The position numbers were made by a program, and so were the translations under genes. A DNA stretch of 64,000 nucleotides from Vicugna vicugna (lineage: Eukaryota), in NCBI GenBank assembly GCA_013265495.1, contig MU058009.1:4220739-4284738 (forward strand), read 5' to 3'. Numbering within the stretch: the first letter of the stretch is position 1; every line of letters starts with the position of its first letter. Under the pieces are notes generated by a model that was given only the letters and a program-made list of their open reading frames with translations, was not told the origin of the DNA and ran no database searches. This document shows positions 1-13,234 of the stretch, in pieces.

Positions 1-251
1 ACACTGAATCTTACCCTGCGCGGACTTCCTCCAGGTGTGGGGGTGTCCCGGTGCCGCTCAGAACTGGATTCTTGAAGCCTTGTGACGCGCGCGCACACAC
101 ACACTCGCCCACCCACACTCACTCACCCAACAGGAAACAAAAAGGAACCGTGAGAATGGGGAAATCTCTGTCTTCTCCTTTCTCTCCATTAAAAAACCAC
201 ATCCCTCCGGCCTCCCTCCCCCACCTTCCCATACGGCTTTGCTGTCTCTCT

Positions 252-561
252 CCTGCGCCCCCGCCTCTCCGCCCTGACTCCCCGACTTCTCCACCCTGAC
301 CCCCCAACTTCTCCACCCTGCCTCCCCCCCCCCTTCCCCCTGCCTCCCCCACTTCTCCACCCTGCCTCCCCCCACCCCCCCNNNNNNNNNNNNNNNNNNN
401 NNNNNNNNNNNNNNNNTCCTGACTCCCCCACCTCTCCACCCTGACTCCCCGACTTCTCCATCCTGACTCCCCCACCTCTCCATCCTGACTCCCCAACTTC
501 TCCACCCTGACTCCCCCACCTCTCCATCCTGACTCCCCGACTTCTGCACCCTGACTCCCCC
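252..561. repeat. 22-bp C-rich minisatellite (ctgactcccc[c/g/a]ac[c/t]tctcca[c/t]c) spanning an N gap
   Basis: ctgact recurs at 419, 441, 463, 485, 507, 529 and 551 (period 22), also at 274 and 296. N run at 382-416. Confidence 0.95.
382..416. other. Assembly gap (35 N)
   Basis: Run of n. Confidence 1.
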
Positions 562-1384
562 TTGGCTTCTCTCTGTCTCTTTTCTCTCATTTGCAGTGAG
601 GGTGCAAGGCACTGGAGGGTCAGCACCGTATATCACTGGGGGATCAGCGTGAGGGCCACTTTGACAAGGAAGCTGTCATCAAGTTTTACAGCTTCATATC
701 AAATGCAGTGTCCATGGCAAGGACAGAGAGGGACTGGAAGGGCACGGGGTGGTTTGGGGAGAAGGGTGGACAGAAGACGGCTCTATGGTGGGGAGGGGGC
801 ACACCTAGGTGCTTCCACACAGATGTGTCCACTATCCCTCCCAGACGAGGCATGTCCCCAGAAACTCACGGGGAGACCTACCCGTCTATAAAAGCCCCAG
901 TGATGGACTGTCCATCTGTGTGGCCCACCACACAGGGCCCCGGAGAATGCTGATCAGAGCCGTTCCAGGGCAGGGGAGCCGAGGACAGGACTGTGGAGGT
1001 GACCTGTGGCCCTTTCTCCTTGAGACGTGGTGGTAGGGACCTCTCCCACCCCTGGTGCTTCCATAAACAGTGCTGGATGCACGTCCAGGATGCCCATCAG
1101 CAGGGGCCTGCCCACCCGCCAGGGGACCAGCTGGCGGGAACCACCACTGAGGCTCAGCAGAGAGGCGTTGATGGGGTGCGTGGACAAGCGAGGCCAGCCC
1201 AGCGAGTCCTCGGGGGCCACACGTGACATCGTTTCCTAGGCTGACCCTCCTGCAGGCAGGACCATTCCTTGTTCTCGGGCCCTGCCCTCCCCAACTCCTG
1301 GCCAGAGACCAGCAGACAGCGCCCCACCTCGCTGTCCAGCCCGGGTCTCCAGGAGAGAGGCCACCAGAGGTGCAGGCCCCGCTC

Positions 1385-1490
1385 TGTAATTTATTAACTG
1401 TGTGACCTTGGGTGATTAATTGGCTTCAGTTTCCTTGCGTGTGAAGTGGAAACATTGCTGACCTTGGCCTTGCAGGGCGGCTGGCAGGAG
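1385..1490 (+). mobile_element. MIR SINE fragment
   Basis: ctgtgtgaccttggg...cttcagtttcctt...gtgaagtgg MIR core. Confidence 0.55.
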
Positions 1491-2271
1491 GAGAGGGCGC
1501 AGGGGGCTCAGCGCAGTTCCGGGTGCCACTGGCAGCCAGGACGCATTTGCTGTTCTTGCTCCTGTACCCACCCCTTCCTCTTCTTCCTCCCCGACTCCCC
1601 ACGCCGGGTGAGCCCCTCCACTCGGCCAGCCAGCAGCCCTGCAGGGCTGGGCTGCTGGGCGGCCTTACAGATGCTCTCGCGTCTCCCCAGCCTGCTCCCC
1701 CGCGGGCAGCGACGTCTCAGTCTCTTGGGACGTAGACCTGAGCACGTCACTGTCCTGTTTGAACCTGCACGTTAGACTTCAGATTCCTTAGGGTCACGGG
1801 CGGGGAAGGCCCTTCATGGAGGTGCCCTTGCTCACCGTGCGGGTTTTTCACACATCTGATTCCCACCTAACTCCGGCTCCTCTCGTAACGGTTCTCAGCT
1901 TTAGTCACCAGGAATATCTGCAGATCTCATTTAGAATATTGGGTTGGGGGGGTCTATTTATAAAACGCAGTTTTTTTTTTAATTCCACAAGTGTGTGATG
2001 TGCATTTCAAGCTGGGAAGTATTAACACCGCCCCAGACGCGCCCTGCCTTTGGCCGCACAGCAGCCAGGCACCAAGTCCTGTTCATCTTCCTGTACCCAG
2101 CCCCTAGCATGGTGACTGGAACACAGTAGTGTTGCAAAAAAATTTTGTTTTGGTGACTTACTGACTGGATAAAAAAAGGATGTTTCCTGTGATACCCTGG
2201 AGAGTGAGACTGAACCGTGTATCACATGCACCCACAGGAGGCAGGGAGCAGAGGAGAGTATAGGATGCCTC

Positions 2272-2321
2272 TGTGTGTGTGCATGTGCGTGTGTGTGTGT
2301 GTGCGTGTGTGTGTGTGTGTG
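2272..2321. repeat. (TG)n microsatellite, interrupted
   Basis: tgtgtgtgtgcatgtgcgtgtgtgtgtgtgtgcgtgtg... Confidence 0.95.
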
Positions 2322-5300
2322 AGGCAGAGAGAGGGAGGGGGTCCGGGGTGGGGAGGGATGAGTGTGCTGCTGGCAGAGGGAGGAACCCAGCCCAGAAAAG
2401 GCACGGCGTCCCGTCTGTAAGCACCCTGAGCCCCCACAAGGACCCCTGCTTGGTGGGGAGGGGTGGGAGACTGAGTTTAAGTGGAGACCTGGCCGTCTGT
2501 GCGTGAGTGACTGTCTGGGTGAGGACAGGCGTATAAACAGCCCAGACCGAGAGGAACCTGAGTCCATCAGTTCTTCCCAGGAGAGGAGTCTGATGGATCG
2601 AACTTGCAGCTGCAGCCCAGCTGCGGCCAGTGCCTTCTCCCCGGGGAGGGGGCGGGGCAGGGACAGAGCTCAGGCGGACAGGGACGCCTGCCCCGGCGGC
2701 CACTCGTCACGGGAGATGAAGGCGGCTCTTCCTCTCTTTACCTTCCGTCGCCCCTTCTCCTCCGCGCGAGATGGGGGCTGAGCAGTTGGCAGGATGCAGA
2801 GGCTGACAAAATGAGGCGATCAGATTGGAAATCAAAGCTCTCGCCACCGCTGGCTCTGGCGCGGTGCCTGGACTTGGCACCGCCTCCCGTGGCGGGGGCA
2901 GGAGGGGCTGACACAGCTGCTGTGGTCTTCCCCCAGGAGTTGTTTTGGGTTTTACTTTTATTTTTCCCAAGACGGAGGAGCTGGAGCTCGTAGCCATGGT
3001 GGCCAAAGAAAGGAAAGGAGAAAGGGGGTGAGAACTGGAGAAGGAGGAGGCTGCAGAGCAGGGAGGAGACGGGGCGGCGGACAGCTGACGGAAGGAAGCC
3101 TTTGGAATGTGCCTTTCCTCCTGCTCTTCTCTGGTTCCCACCTGGCACCCTGCCTCCTTCCCAGCTGCCCCTCCTCTGCGGCCAGAGGTGCTCCTGTGCT
3201 TTGTGGAGCCGGGTGTGACGGGGACAGCTCCCAGGGTGCCCCTCCGACGGGCTGGGAAACTGAGTCGGGCACAAGGAACATTTTCCCCCGCTCCTGTTGG
3301 GCCCCACCTACTCCCGGTCTTCTGAGAGTCCCAGACAGCATCCCTGCCTCCCCCTTGCAGGATAAGAAATGTGTTCGTTCCTCGGCTTTTCTGGCCCCTT
3401 CTCCCAAGACACCTCCTGCCGCTAACTGCCCCATGGGGTCCCTGAGCCTGAGTGTTGTGGGATGCCTCTGCCCTCTGCTGGATCAAAAGGTGGAAAATGA
3501 GGCAGAAAAGGGGACTTATTCCAGAAAACATACCCTGGCATGCTTCCCAGGAAAGTCTTTGTTTAAAGCCACCCAGACCCTAAGTGAATACAGCTCAATA
3601 TGCCTGTGATGTATTAATACCCTGATAAGCCGGTCAGAATGTGTTTCCAAATAGACCTGTTACGTAAGTGGCGATGAATGCTAACCGTCCTCATCTCTGC
3701 TCCTGTGCTTGGAGAAGGATCTCTTCTCCAGAGCAGGATCCGGGGCCCTGCGGATGGAGCCTCGGCGACTCTGACCTCCTGACAGATGGGAAGCCCGGAG
3801 CTCCCTGTAGCACGGTCCCCGGTGACACCCACGTGGCACAGTCCTGCCCTTTGCCCACCCCGCGATGACTTTCTATTTTGCTTTACGACCTGCAATCTGC
3901 TGTGTGTCCTGGTCAACGGTCTCTCCCCTTCCTGCTGCTGCCCTGCCTGGGACGCTTTTATGGGCATCGATTCCCTTCACTGCTTCCCCAAAGAGGCTTT
4001 TTCCTTGAGCCAGAGCGTCGTTCCCGCGGATTACAGGGTCTGCCACTCTGCTCTGCGATTTATTGTCATCCTGGGTTTTATTCTCCCTACACTTGCAGCC
4101 AAGCCTCATTCATTTCATTTTCTGGGGCGAGCAGGATGGAGGATGTTGCTATTAATAGGAGAAAGGAGGCCATCCCGGCAGGCTCGGTGATGTCTGAGTT
4201 GATGGGCTGCCGTTCCAGAGGCCGGCTCTGGCCCGAGCGCCACCCTTCTTCCCCGAAGTGACTGGACTGGGCTGGATGCTCTCCTGCGAAGTGACCCTCT
4301 GAGAGCTCGGCTCTTCCCGGGCCTTGCAGACACGTGGCCTTCTCGCATTTGGGCAAGCTCGCCCGAATGTCCTCCACTTGCCCCTGCTTGGGACCAGCAC
4401 TTTGCACCAGGGAGGAGGCTGGACAGGGTTGTAGGTGGGATCCAAGGGGAGAGGGGCAGGCGAGACAGAGGTGGAGGGACACGTATGTCGCATGTGACAT
4501 GCTGGGCCTGCTTACGATGGCTTTCCAGGTATCCCAGACACTAGTGTGTGTGCAGCCAATCGAAGCCGCTCTGTGGGCTGTCTTTACCTTCATAGGCATG
4601 TTGACCAATCATTCATCACAAATCCAACAGTAGAGCAATTCCTCAACAACGTCCTGCAGCTGACGAATGTCTTTTGGACCCGCAGACACGACGTTACAGC
4701 TCACCTGTTGTCAGCCCTGCTTGCTCCCCCCGTGGTAGGATCTGGAAAGCACTCGGGGGCTGCCGACAGCAGAGTGGCAGAGGCTGCCCCTGCAGGACCG
4801 CCCTCAGCTCCTGCGGACGGGCCCCGGGCTGAGCGATGTTCATCTCCTTCATACAGGAGCAGGAGCCGCAGAAACCCCTCCAGGGGTTATGGCTGTGGGT
4901 GCAGGAGTCCCCTGAGCCGAGCTGACTTGCCAGGAGATCACACAGACAGAGAGAGCTGGTGAGGCTAGCGGTGGCCGAGGACCGTGCCGGGAAGCTCCCC
5001 TCACGATGGGCTGGTGTTGGCGGGCACAGAGGCTTCTCTTAATGACGTGCCCCGGGGAAAGTGCAGTTTGCCACAGCAGCACGTGGCGGGGCAGGGCGGG
5101 TGAGGCCGTGTCTACGCGGCCATGTCTTCTAAAAGAGGAGTTTGGAGGTGTTCACAGAGGGACGTGGTATGCAAAACTCAGTGCATGTCTAGAATGGGCA
5201 GTGTCGTGTGCATGATGCACGGAGCTGTGTGAGGAGCACTGCCACTTTGGGGTCTCTGGTGACACATTTAGAGCCTGTGTAGAGGGCAGTTTTCCAGCCT

Positions 5301-6861
5301 CTTGCACAAGCGTCGATCCAAGATGTTGGACTTGACCTCCAGGAAGATCAAAGGGGCAGCAAGCAGACCCCAGGGGCCTGAGTTCAAGCTTTGTGGTTTC
5401 TTAAGTGCCCGTGTGTATCAGAACCGCGGGAAGCGTGGCCCAGTCTCTCAGACCCCCTGGGTCCCTGTTCTCATTGTGAAGACAGGGAGACATTTTTGAA
5501 GATGGAGTTCCTTTCACGCAGACCTTGGGCGGGTTTCCATGCCGGCCTAGAAGCACAGCCAGCCCTGCAGCCACCTGCGGCCGCCCGCCTGCGCCCCCTC
5601 AGAGCCGCGGAAGGGAGACCTGCCAGGAAATGAGAACTGGGCTTTCATTATCATTACCCTTCTTTCTCTTCAACCCAGGTGCCGCAGCTGCCTCCCTCCA
5701 CCAGGCCTCCCAAATCGGGGTGTGTACCGCCCCGTAGACAGACAGGCAGGAAGAGCGTAAAGACGTGCCGGAGGCACCAGAAGTCAGCGGCCTCCTGCCC
5801 GGGGCCGAGCCAGCCAGGCCCGGCGGCAGCAGGCCTGCTTCCCCCGTCCTCTGCTCCGCTCCCTTTGCCCTGTTCCTCCCTTTTCCGGGCTTTTTCTGAG
5901 CAGTTTGGCTCAGGCTTCTTGTTGAGAGTGATCTTAGCTCCTGCAGGTAACTGTGTTGCCGCCCCCATTCTCCTCGGATGCTCTGCTGATCACTGAACAT
6001 TTTAAACAGGCTTTGATGAGGCTGAAACTACCGAAGAGCATCCTGGGCTTAATTAGAGGAAACCGATTCCAGAGACTGTTAGGATTCTAGGGGTGGGAGA
6101 TGCGTTTTGGCACTAAAATTCTCAGAAGGAGAAAGGAGCCCAGGGTGGCCGAGAAGTGGGGGTCATCTGGCAGGCGGGACCACCTGCACCTGAAGTCAGG
6201 TGATTAGGGGACAGAAGCAAGGACTCGGGGATGAGACGTGGTCAGCTCCGTCGAGGAGATGCGAGGAAACATGGCGTCGGGCGCAGAAACCACAGGATGG
6301 AGGAGCGTGGGTCCAGAATGTGTCTCCTGGGGAAGGAGGGGCTGCGACACTCCCACCCTCCGACTTTCTGTGACTTTCTTGTTAATCACCGTCAGCGGAG
6401 CCATCCTGTTGCTGGTTTTACTCAACGCATTTAAATTCTAATTAATATTATCTGATTCTCCTTGGAGGTGCAACTGAACATGCTCCTTTGCACTTGTACC
6501 CCTCTTTCTCTCGAGAATTTGCATAAGAAGTGGAGGCGTGTTTGCACTGATTGCACTTTAGTAATTGAAGGTTTTGCCTTCGCAGTGTTGCTCCACATTC
6601 TAGTCTAACCTCCTAACCTTTCCCCTGTCTCTTCACCTTGCAAGGAGAGGGCCAGTGGAGGGCGTCAGATGGCCCTGCCCGTCGGAGAACGGCGCTCCGG
6701 CGGCAGGCCGGGAAGTCCCGCGGTGCCGAGGTCCTGCGGGGACCCTGTGTCTTGCACCAGTAAGGAAGCTGAGGGTCCGGACGGTGAAGTGACTCACCTG
6801 CAATCACGCGTTCTGTAGGTCTAGGTCTGAGGTCAGAGAGTTGCCTCTGCTTCCAGCTTTG

Positions 6862-7008
6862 GGTTTTTTTTAAATAATTTTTTTAGGCTTTGTTTTTGTT
6901 TTTTGAGGTGGGGAGGTAATTAGGCTTATTTATTTACTCTTAGAGGAGGTACTGGGGATTGAACCCAGGACCCCGGCATGTGCTCTACCACTGAGCCGTA
7001 CCCTCCCC
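6862..7008 (-). mobile_element. Camelid tRNA-derived SINE (vic-1-like)
   Basis: Minus strand reads ggggagggtacggctcagtggtagagcacatgccggggtcctgggttcaatccccagtacctcc... with an A-rich tail and Pol III A/B boxes. Flanked by the direct repeat tccagctttg (6852-6861 and 7011-7020). Confidence 0.9.
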
Positions 7009-9872
7009 GCTCCAGCTTTGTTTCGATGTGTCCAGGAGGTAGAAGGGCTTGGCACGCTCTCGTTCCTCAGGCAAGTTTGAGCTGCAGTTTTCTGGTTACT
7101 TAACAGCAGTGACGACTCTCATGATACGCCTGCCACGTCCTCCCTTTCTGCTTTGCGAGCTCTTGTGAGCTGAGCTGTGGCTTGGTGACACAGTGGGGAC
7201 TGGGGGTGTGGCTCTGAGGCCACGTGTGCAGGCTTCTGGCTGCCCAGCGTGAGTCACCGGGGACAGCGGCTGGAGAGGGGCCCGCGCTGGGGTTGCCCCT
7301 GAGGCCAGCAGGTGTCTCAGAGACGCCTGGTTTGGGATGGGCGCTGGTGTGGCATGCCTTCACTTCCCGCCGCGGACATTTCCTGGTAATGGTGAGAAGG
7401 GCCAGGTCCGTGGTAGGTACGGCAGGTTGAAGAAAACGCATGGACCCCGCCTTCCCAGGCGCTGTATGGCCTGGTGAGTGAAGTGACGGGGTGCTCGGTG
7501 GGGGGCGTCCGTGCACCTGCCAGGTGGGAGGGGCCTTGAGCAGGAAGGTGCGTGTGGTGAGGAAGTGGGGAGAAGGGCAGTGTGTGACGTGACGGGCAGT
7601 CCCAGGAGGGCGACCCCGTTGAGGAAACTGTGAGAAACCCGCGATCACACGCCAGGATGCGGCTGCCGTGCGAGGCGACGGTCTGACGAGGCGGGGCGCC
7701 ATGGTCCGATGTTCTGAAGTGTTGGAGCTCCATTCTGAAGGCTTCTGAACAAATGCATCTCAAAGGAGTTTGCCAGAAAAGTCCTTCCAGCAGGAGAGGA
7801 GGGTGGGGGCCAGGGTCGGTTAGGAGAGGTGGGTGCGGCCGGCCTTGCAGGTGAGGTCAGGCCAGGGTCTCCCACACCCACCCCACTGCCTGCACTCAGA
7901 AGTGGGTCATTGTGAGTGAGATCAGGGACACGCTGCTTGTTGAAGGCTCAAGGCCAGGGAGGAAGTCATGCAGAGAGAGAACCAGCTCTCCTCCAGCCCA
8001 GCGAGGACCCCTTTCTACAGAGACCGCAAGAAGCCCCGGGGGCTCCCGCAGAGGAGCTGGGTGATCATTTGCCAGTGTTGGTTGAGGAAAATGACCTCGG
8101 TCGGTCGGAGCAGCTGGTGTAGCTCCAGCTGAGAGAGGACTGACTATGACCCCTCCTCCTGCCCCTGCCCATCAGGGTGTGTCTGCTCTGTCTGCTGCCT
8201 GGGGACACGGCCAGAGGGGAGAACAGCCCTCTCTCAAGGGCTTCCTGCCTTCTCCTGGTTCCGGGCTGGGCATTGTGCCCTCAGCCTCAGGACTGCATCC
8301 ATCTTTTCTGTGTCTGTCCCAGGTCTGTCACTGAATTGCCCATGCGGGCCCCCTGCTTTCTTTCACGTAAGCAGCTCTTAACTTCTTTGTACGATAAGCC
8401 CCTAAAATACAGACAGCAAGGAACATGTTTTGTCCTGAGGAGTGAGGGCTGCACCTCCACGGGCAGAGAGGCAAGGCCAGTAAATGCTTCTGGTTGAGCG
8501 GGGTGATGCAGGCATGTATTTGGTTCCTGGGGAAATGATACAGAGGACGGGGGGCAACTGCATTTTCACACAGAAGATTGTCGACATGAACCCCTCCCTG
8601 TCCGCTGGAGTTCGTTGCCTCTTCCCTTGGTTGCTTACATTGACCCTTGGACCACCATAAGGACTGAGTGCGCAGACAGTGCCCCCGCCTTTGACACATA
8701 CGAAAACTGAGTCACAGAAAGACCAGGGACCCAGGCTTGTCGCAGCAGACGAGATGATAAAACAAGGGCCCAGCCAGCTGGGCTCCAGGGAAGACGGGCG
8801 CAAAGCTCTGGGCGTGGTCGCTGCTGCTCTTCAATGTGAGCGTGCAAACGCAGGGTCCATCTGACGCAATATACAAGGGATGGCAGCTTCCAGAGGGCAG
8901 AGACCTTGCTGAGGTCTGAGTGGTGCCCAGGGCGCTGTCAGCTGTCAGAATGCTCATTGCAGACCCTTCCTTAGATTCCACTCACCCCAGAAAACCCTGT
9001 TACTTTATCTCAGGTTGAGGAATCAGGAGAGGCAGGTTCCCACCCCCACTCTTTTTTTTTTTAATTGAAGTGCAGTCAGTTTAGAGCGGGCCATCTGAGG
9101 AGTGGTTAATAAAGTGGGTATTTGCAAAGGTGCAGGAAAAGCCACAAGGGTTAGTCAAGCCCCTGGGGCTGGCACAGGAGGGGACGGTAACACCTCCAGT
9201 CCTCGAGGAAGGGAAGGAGGCGGTCGCAGCTCCTACCTGGGTCAGAGGGCCACTGCCCAGGAGGGCGATCTTTGACAGGGACGTGGACAGCCTGTGGCAG
9301 CCCCTCCCTGGCCTCCTCCTCTCCATCCCATCTCCTGCCCCTGCCTCCTGTCAGCCGAGCCCAACGGGAAGCAGATGGGAAGCGGGAGGAGGGGGAGCCA
9401 GGTGACATGACCCATCCTGGTCAGTCTGCGGTGCATGGAGGGGACGTGGGCCTCATCTCTCCTAACTTTCCTCTCCTACCATAGCCCTTCCCTCTGTACA
9501 GCCCAGAGTTCCAACCCACTTCCGCTTCACAGCTCCCCTTTGTCATGCTGCTCCCTCTACCTGAAATGCTGTGCCCTGCTCTCTTCTATTTAGTAAGCTC
9601 CTTCCAACCTCAAAGGCCATCTTAACTCTCACAGGATCCAAATTGCCTTGAAGGTAACCAAGAGTCCTTGGAATAGAGAGACTCACATCATACACCTCCT
9701 GCCCCACGTCCCCCAGAGCTCACCTGTTACAGGTGGATGGAGCGTGAACAGGCTGCTGTCAGTTCACACCAGGGTAACAGTGCGTCTGGTGAACATTCTT
9801 GGGGGATGAAAGAGACGTGCGAGGAGATGTATTTGGAGCACAAAATAATGTGTCACATTGGCTCCAATAGTT

Positions 9873-10093
9873 AAGTAGGAATTTGCCTCAGAAACACGAG
9901 GCTGCATACAGTAGACAGACGACAAAGACCTTCTGCACAGCAGAGGCCACTGCGTCCAGTGCCTTGTGATTCCCTGTGACGGGGAAGAATCTGAAAAGGA
10001 GAAACACGCACGTGTGACTGAATGACTAGGCTGCACACCAGAAGTTAACATTGTAAAGCAACTATACTTCATTTAAGAAAGAAGAAAAAAAAC
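9873..10093 (+). mobile_element. L1 3'-end fragment (5'-truncated)
   Basis: gaagaatctgaaaagg...gtgactgaatgactaggctgcacaccagaagttaacattgtaaagcaactatacttca plus A-rich tail; homologous to the other L1 tails in the window. Confidence 0.75.
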
Positions 10094-13056
10094 AATAGGG
10101 AAGGCATTCCAAATGCCCTGAGCCACTGAGTCCCAGTGGTGAGTGGGGTGCTCGGGTGACAGGGAGACGCACTCCAGGAAACCACGGCACGCCTGCAGCA
10201 CATGGGGTGGAGGTGACACGGGGCTTTGCCCATCAGGCCCTGGAGCCCAAGGTCAGAGGGCGGGTGGAGCCCCAGGTGAGCTTGCACTGACCTCCCAGCA
10301 CCCTGGGCTCTCTCCCCAGGCAGCATTAGTCCCCACAGGGGCTCAAGAGCCCCTCAGCTGTGTGGGGGCTGTTTGGACACATGAGGGAGGGGATGGACGG
10401 AAAGAGGAGCCCCCGGGCCATCTGGCTCTGGTCACCGAAGGAGGGAGAGGCCCCATGGCCCTGCTTCACGCAGATCACCCAGGGCTGCTTCAGAGCCCTT
10501 CCGTTCCTGCCGCGTGGACGTAACACCCCGTTACCGAATAAAGAAGTGGGCCCTGAGCTTCCAGAGGTGAAATGACTTCGTGAACGGCCCCACGCCTCCT
10601 TCCGCATTTGGGTTAGTACTGGGGTTTTGCTCAAATCAAGAGGGCGGGCCATTTATCTCAGAAAAAGCGCGGCCCCTTAACTCAGCAGTTTGCTTTGAGA
10701 CGATGTCCGTTCATTCGACTCCTGTGGAAGAAAGGACGGGGGGCAGGTGTGACTCCCGGGAGCCGCCTCAGCGGGCCACGCCGCCAGGCCCTCTTGATTT
10801 GTCCCCAGGGTATTCGGAGGTGGAAGGCTCCTGTCCGCCGTCCACACTCCCGCAGAGCGGGGCGTGTGCGCAGGGAGGTGGAGCACTTCCTTCGCCATGG
10901 GCTCATGGCTTGCTCGAGACTTGCTGCTTTTCAGAGGCAGTGAGGGGGCCACGTGGTGGATGGGAGGCGGGGTTATCCGCTGTCTGGGGCCACGACTGTC
11001 CTCAGCCTCCAGGCCGGTGCATTTAAGAAGGACCAGGCCGGTACTGCTCCTCGTCTTCAGTGACCCATCTCTTTACTTCAGCTCGCTCTTTGTCTCTAGA
11101 AGGTGCCAAGCAGTTATGTTAGCTCTACTTTTCCTCCAGGTTCCAGGCTTCCCCTTCTCTCTCCGTCTCTCTTTCTCTTTTCCTCCCAAATCCAAGAGGA
11201 GCTCCAGGCCCCGTGTGCATGGTTTACCTCTGCAGCTCCCATCCTGCCCGAGCTTGAGCACTTTTTGCTGCTCCTCAAAGTATAAATGCAGCGCCGGTAA
11301 TACAGCCCCCGCTCATCAGCAGGAGATGAAGGGCACGGGGTGGGGGCTGCGTTTTAGAGCTTCAGCATGATCAGTGCAGCTGCAGGACGTTTCAGGGCTG
11401 CCAGCTTCCTCCCGCATGCGCTGCGCTCAGGTGCCTGGCCTGGCATCGGTGCTGAGCCCGGTCCTCTTCTGCTCAGATGCGCACGAGGCTTCTCCTCATC
11501 AGTGAGGCTGCCTTGACGTTCCGTGCGGGTCAGACAGCCTACGGCCTGTGCTCAGATGGACCAGGCCTGTTCTCTGTGAGAAGAAGCTTCTCTGAGGAAA
11601 GGAGCAGGTGCAGGCAGACCCAGTCGGAGAAGGACGTGGGCAAACAAGCCCGTCCCACCTCGGTGCTCTCTCCCTGTCTGGATTCTGCCAGGATGTGGCA
11701 GGGGCCAGGCCGGGGCTGTCTGTGGGGGCCACACGCAGGAGGGGAGAGCCATGCAGAGAAATGCGGAAGGCTGATGGCCACAGGCTGGAGAGCTGGAGTG
11801 TGGAGGTAAGGGAGGGAGGGCAGTCACAGAGGCGGGAGGACAGGAGGCTCCGAGCTGAGAGATGTTTGGAGTCTGCGGAGTTCCAGGACTCTGTCCAGAC
11901 GCCTCATGTGTGCAGAGGTCGTGCCTCTGGTCTTTGCATGTGTGTCAGGAGGAGAGGGTGCTCAGGGAGGGTGTCCAGGCATCTCAAGACCTTCAGCGTT
12001 GGGCGGGGCCCCTTCGCCTCTCTGCCCGACCTGCCTCGTGCTGGCCTGTGACCATCTCCCCAGTGACAAGAGGCCACGTCTAGCGACACTTACCTGGATT
12101 AGTTGGGAAGGGTTGAGTTGGAACCAGTCACTCCCAGCTTATCATGTAGTTGACTCCTTTCCTGAGGGGGATGAAATACCATGAAATACGTGTGTTTTAG
12201 GAGTCATTTTAGGAGCCATTTTGGAGAACTGTATTAGGACTGAATTTCCCACCCACTCCTCTACCGACCCCACCAACCAGAGCATCCGCCCTGCAGGAGA
12301 GAACGGTTATGCTCATGTTCACTCTTTTTTTATACCTGGGAGAACCGTCTCTGTGTTGTGGTGGAGACTCGACAAATGAGACCGATAGATGGGGCGGCTA
12401 TGAGGAGGTGGCAGGTGTTGGCTGCCAAGTCACCTTTGTGATTCATCTCTGCAGAAGCCATGTTCATTCCCCAGCGACTCTGCAAGACTGATATCCAGCA
12501 GTGACAGTTTGAACATCTAATCGTGACCTTGGATGTGCCCAAAACCAGGGCGGAAGCACTGCCAGCTTTTCCGTGTAGTATATCACAGGGGCCGCATAAC
12601 CGAGCTGAAATTGGCCGTGTTCAGAGCGTTAGTGCTTCTGCAAATGAACATCCTTGGCCCCCTAAGTGTGATGCACTGTGGTGAGACGGCTTCCGTTTCA
12701 GTCAATTTCCGATAATTAGATGCTCGCAGGGAAACCCAGGACAGTCCTCTCGTGTCTATCCGGAGGCTGTGAGGTGCCCCCATAGTGGACATCAGAAACA
12801 ATTACTCAGGTAGTCTAGAGGTCGCTGATCAGCAACTCCTGCCCCAGCGCCACTCACCTGGTCTCTGGTCAGATTGCAGCTGCTGGAGGGAGAAACAGCC
12901 GGGACTTTGCTGCTGGCTTCCCAGAGCAGACTGGCTGCAAAAATGTGTGCTCCTGTATGATAGCGGAAGTGTTTCAAACGAGAGTCATTCCTAGAGCCCA
13001 CGCGCTCTGCTGCTGGGACGTTTCTGGTGACACTTACTGTAGATAATTACTTATAT

Positions 13057-13160
13057 TAGTGCTTCTCGAAATGCGGTCCCCAGACCAGGCAGTGGCCCAG
13101 CAATCTGTATTTTATCAGGGCTCACCGGTGGTTCTGGTGCACGTGGAATTTAAATGCTGT
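13057..13160. mobile_element. MER5A remnant with internal deletion
   Basis: tagtgcttctcgaaatgcggtccccagaccag is joined to ggcccagcaatctgtattttatcagggctc...ggttctggtgcacg. Confidence 0.6.
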
Positions 13161-13234
13161 CGGGTCTTTTGGGAGGCCCTGGACGAGGACATCCAGGAAC
13201 ACTGGCTTTGCGAAAAAACAGACAAACGGAAGCA

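Noticed and set aside
3040..3130. Possible miRNA-like hairpin (agagcagggagg ... cctcctgctct)
   Set aside because: The stem is short and low-complexity with a large loop, and no recognisable mature miRNA is present.
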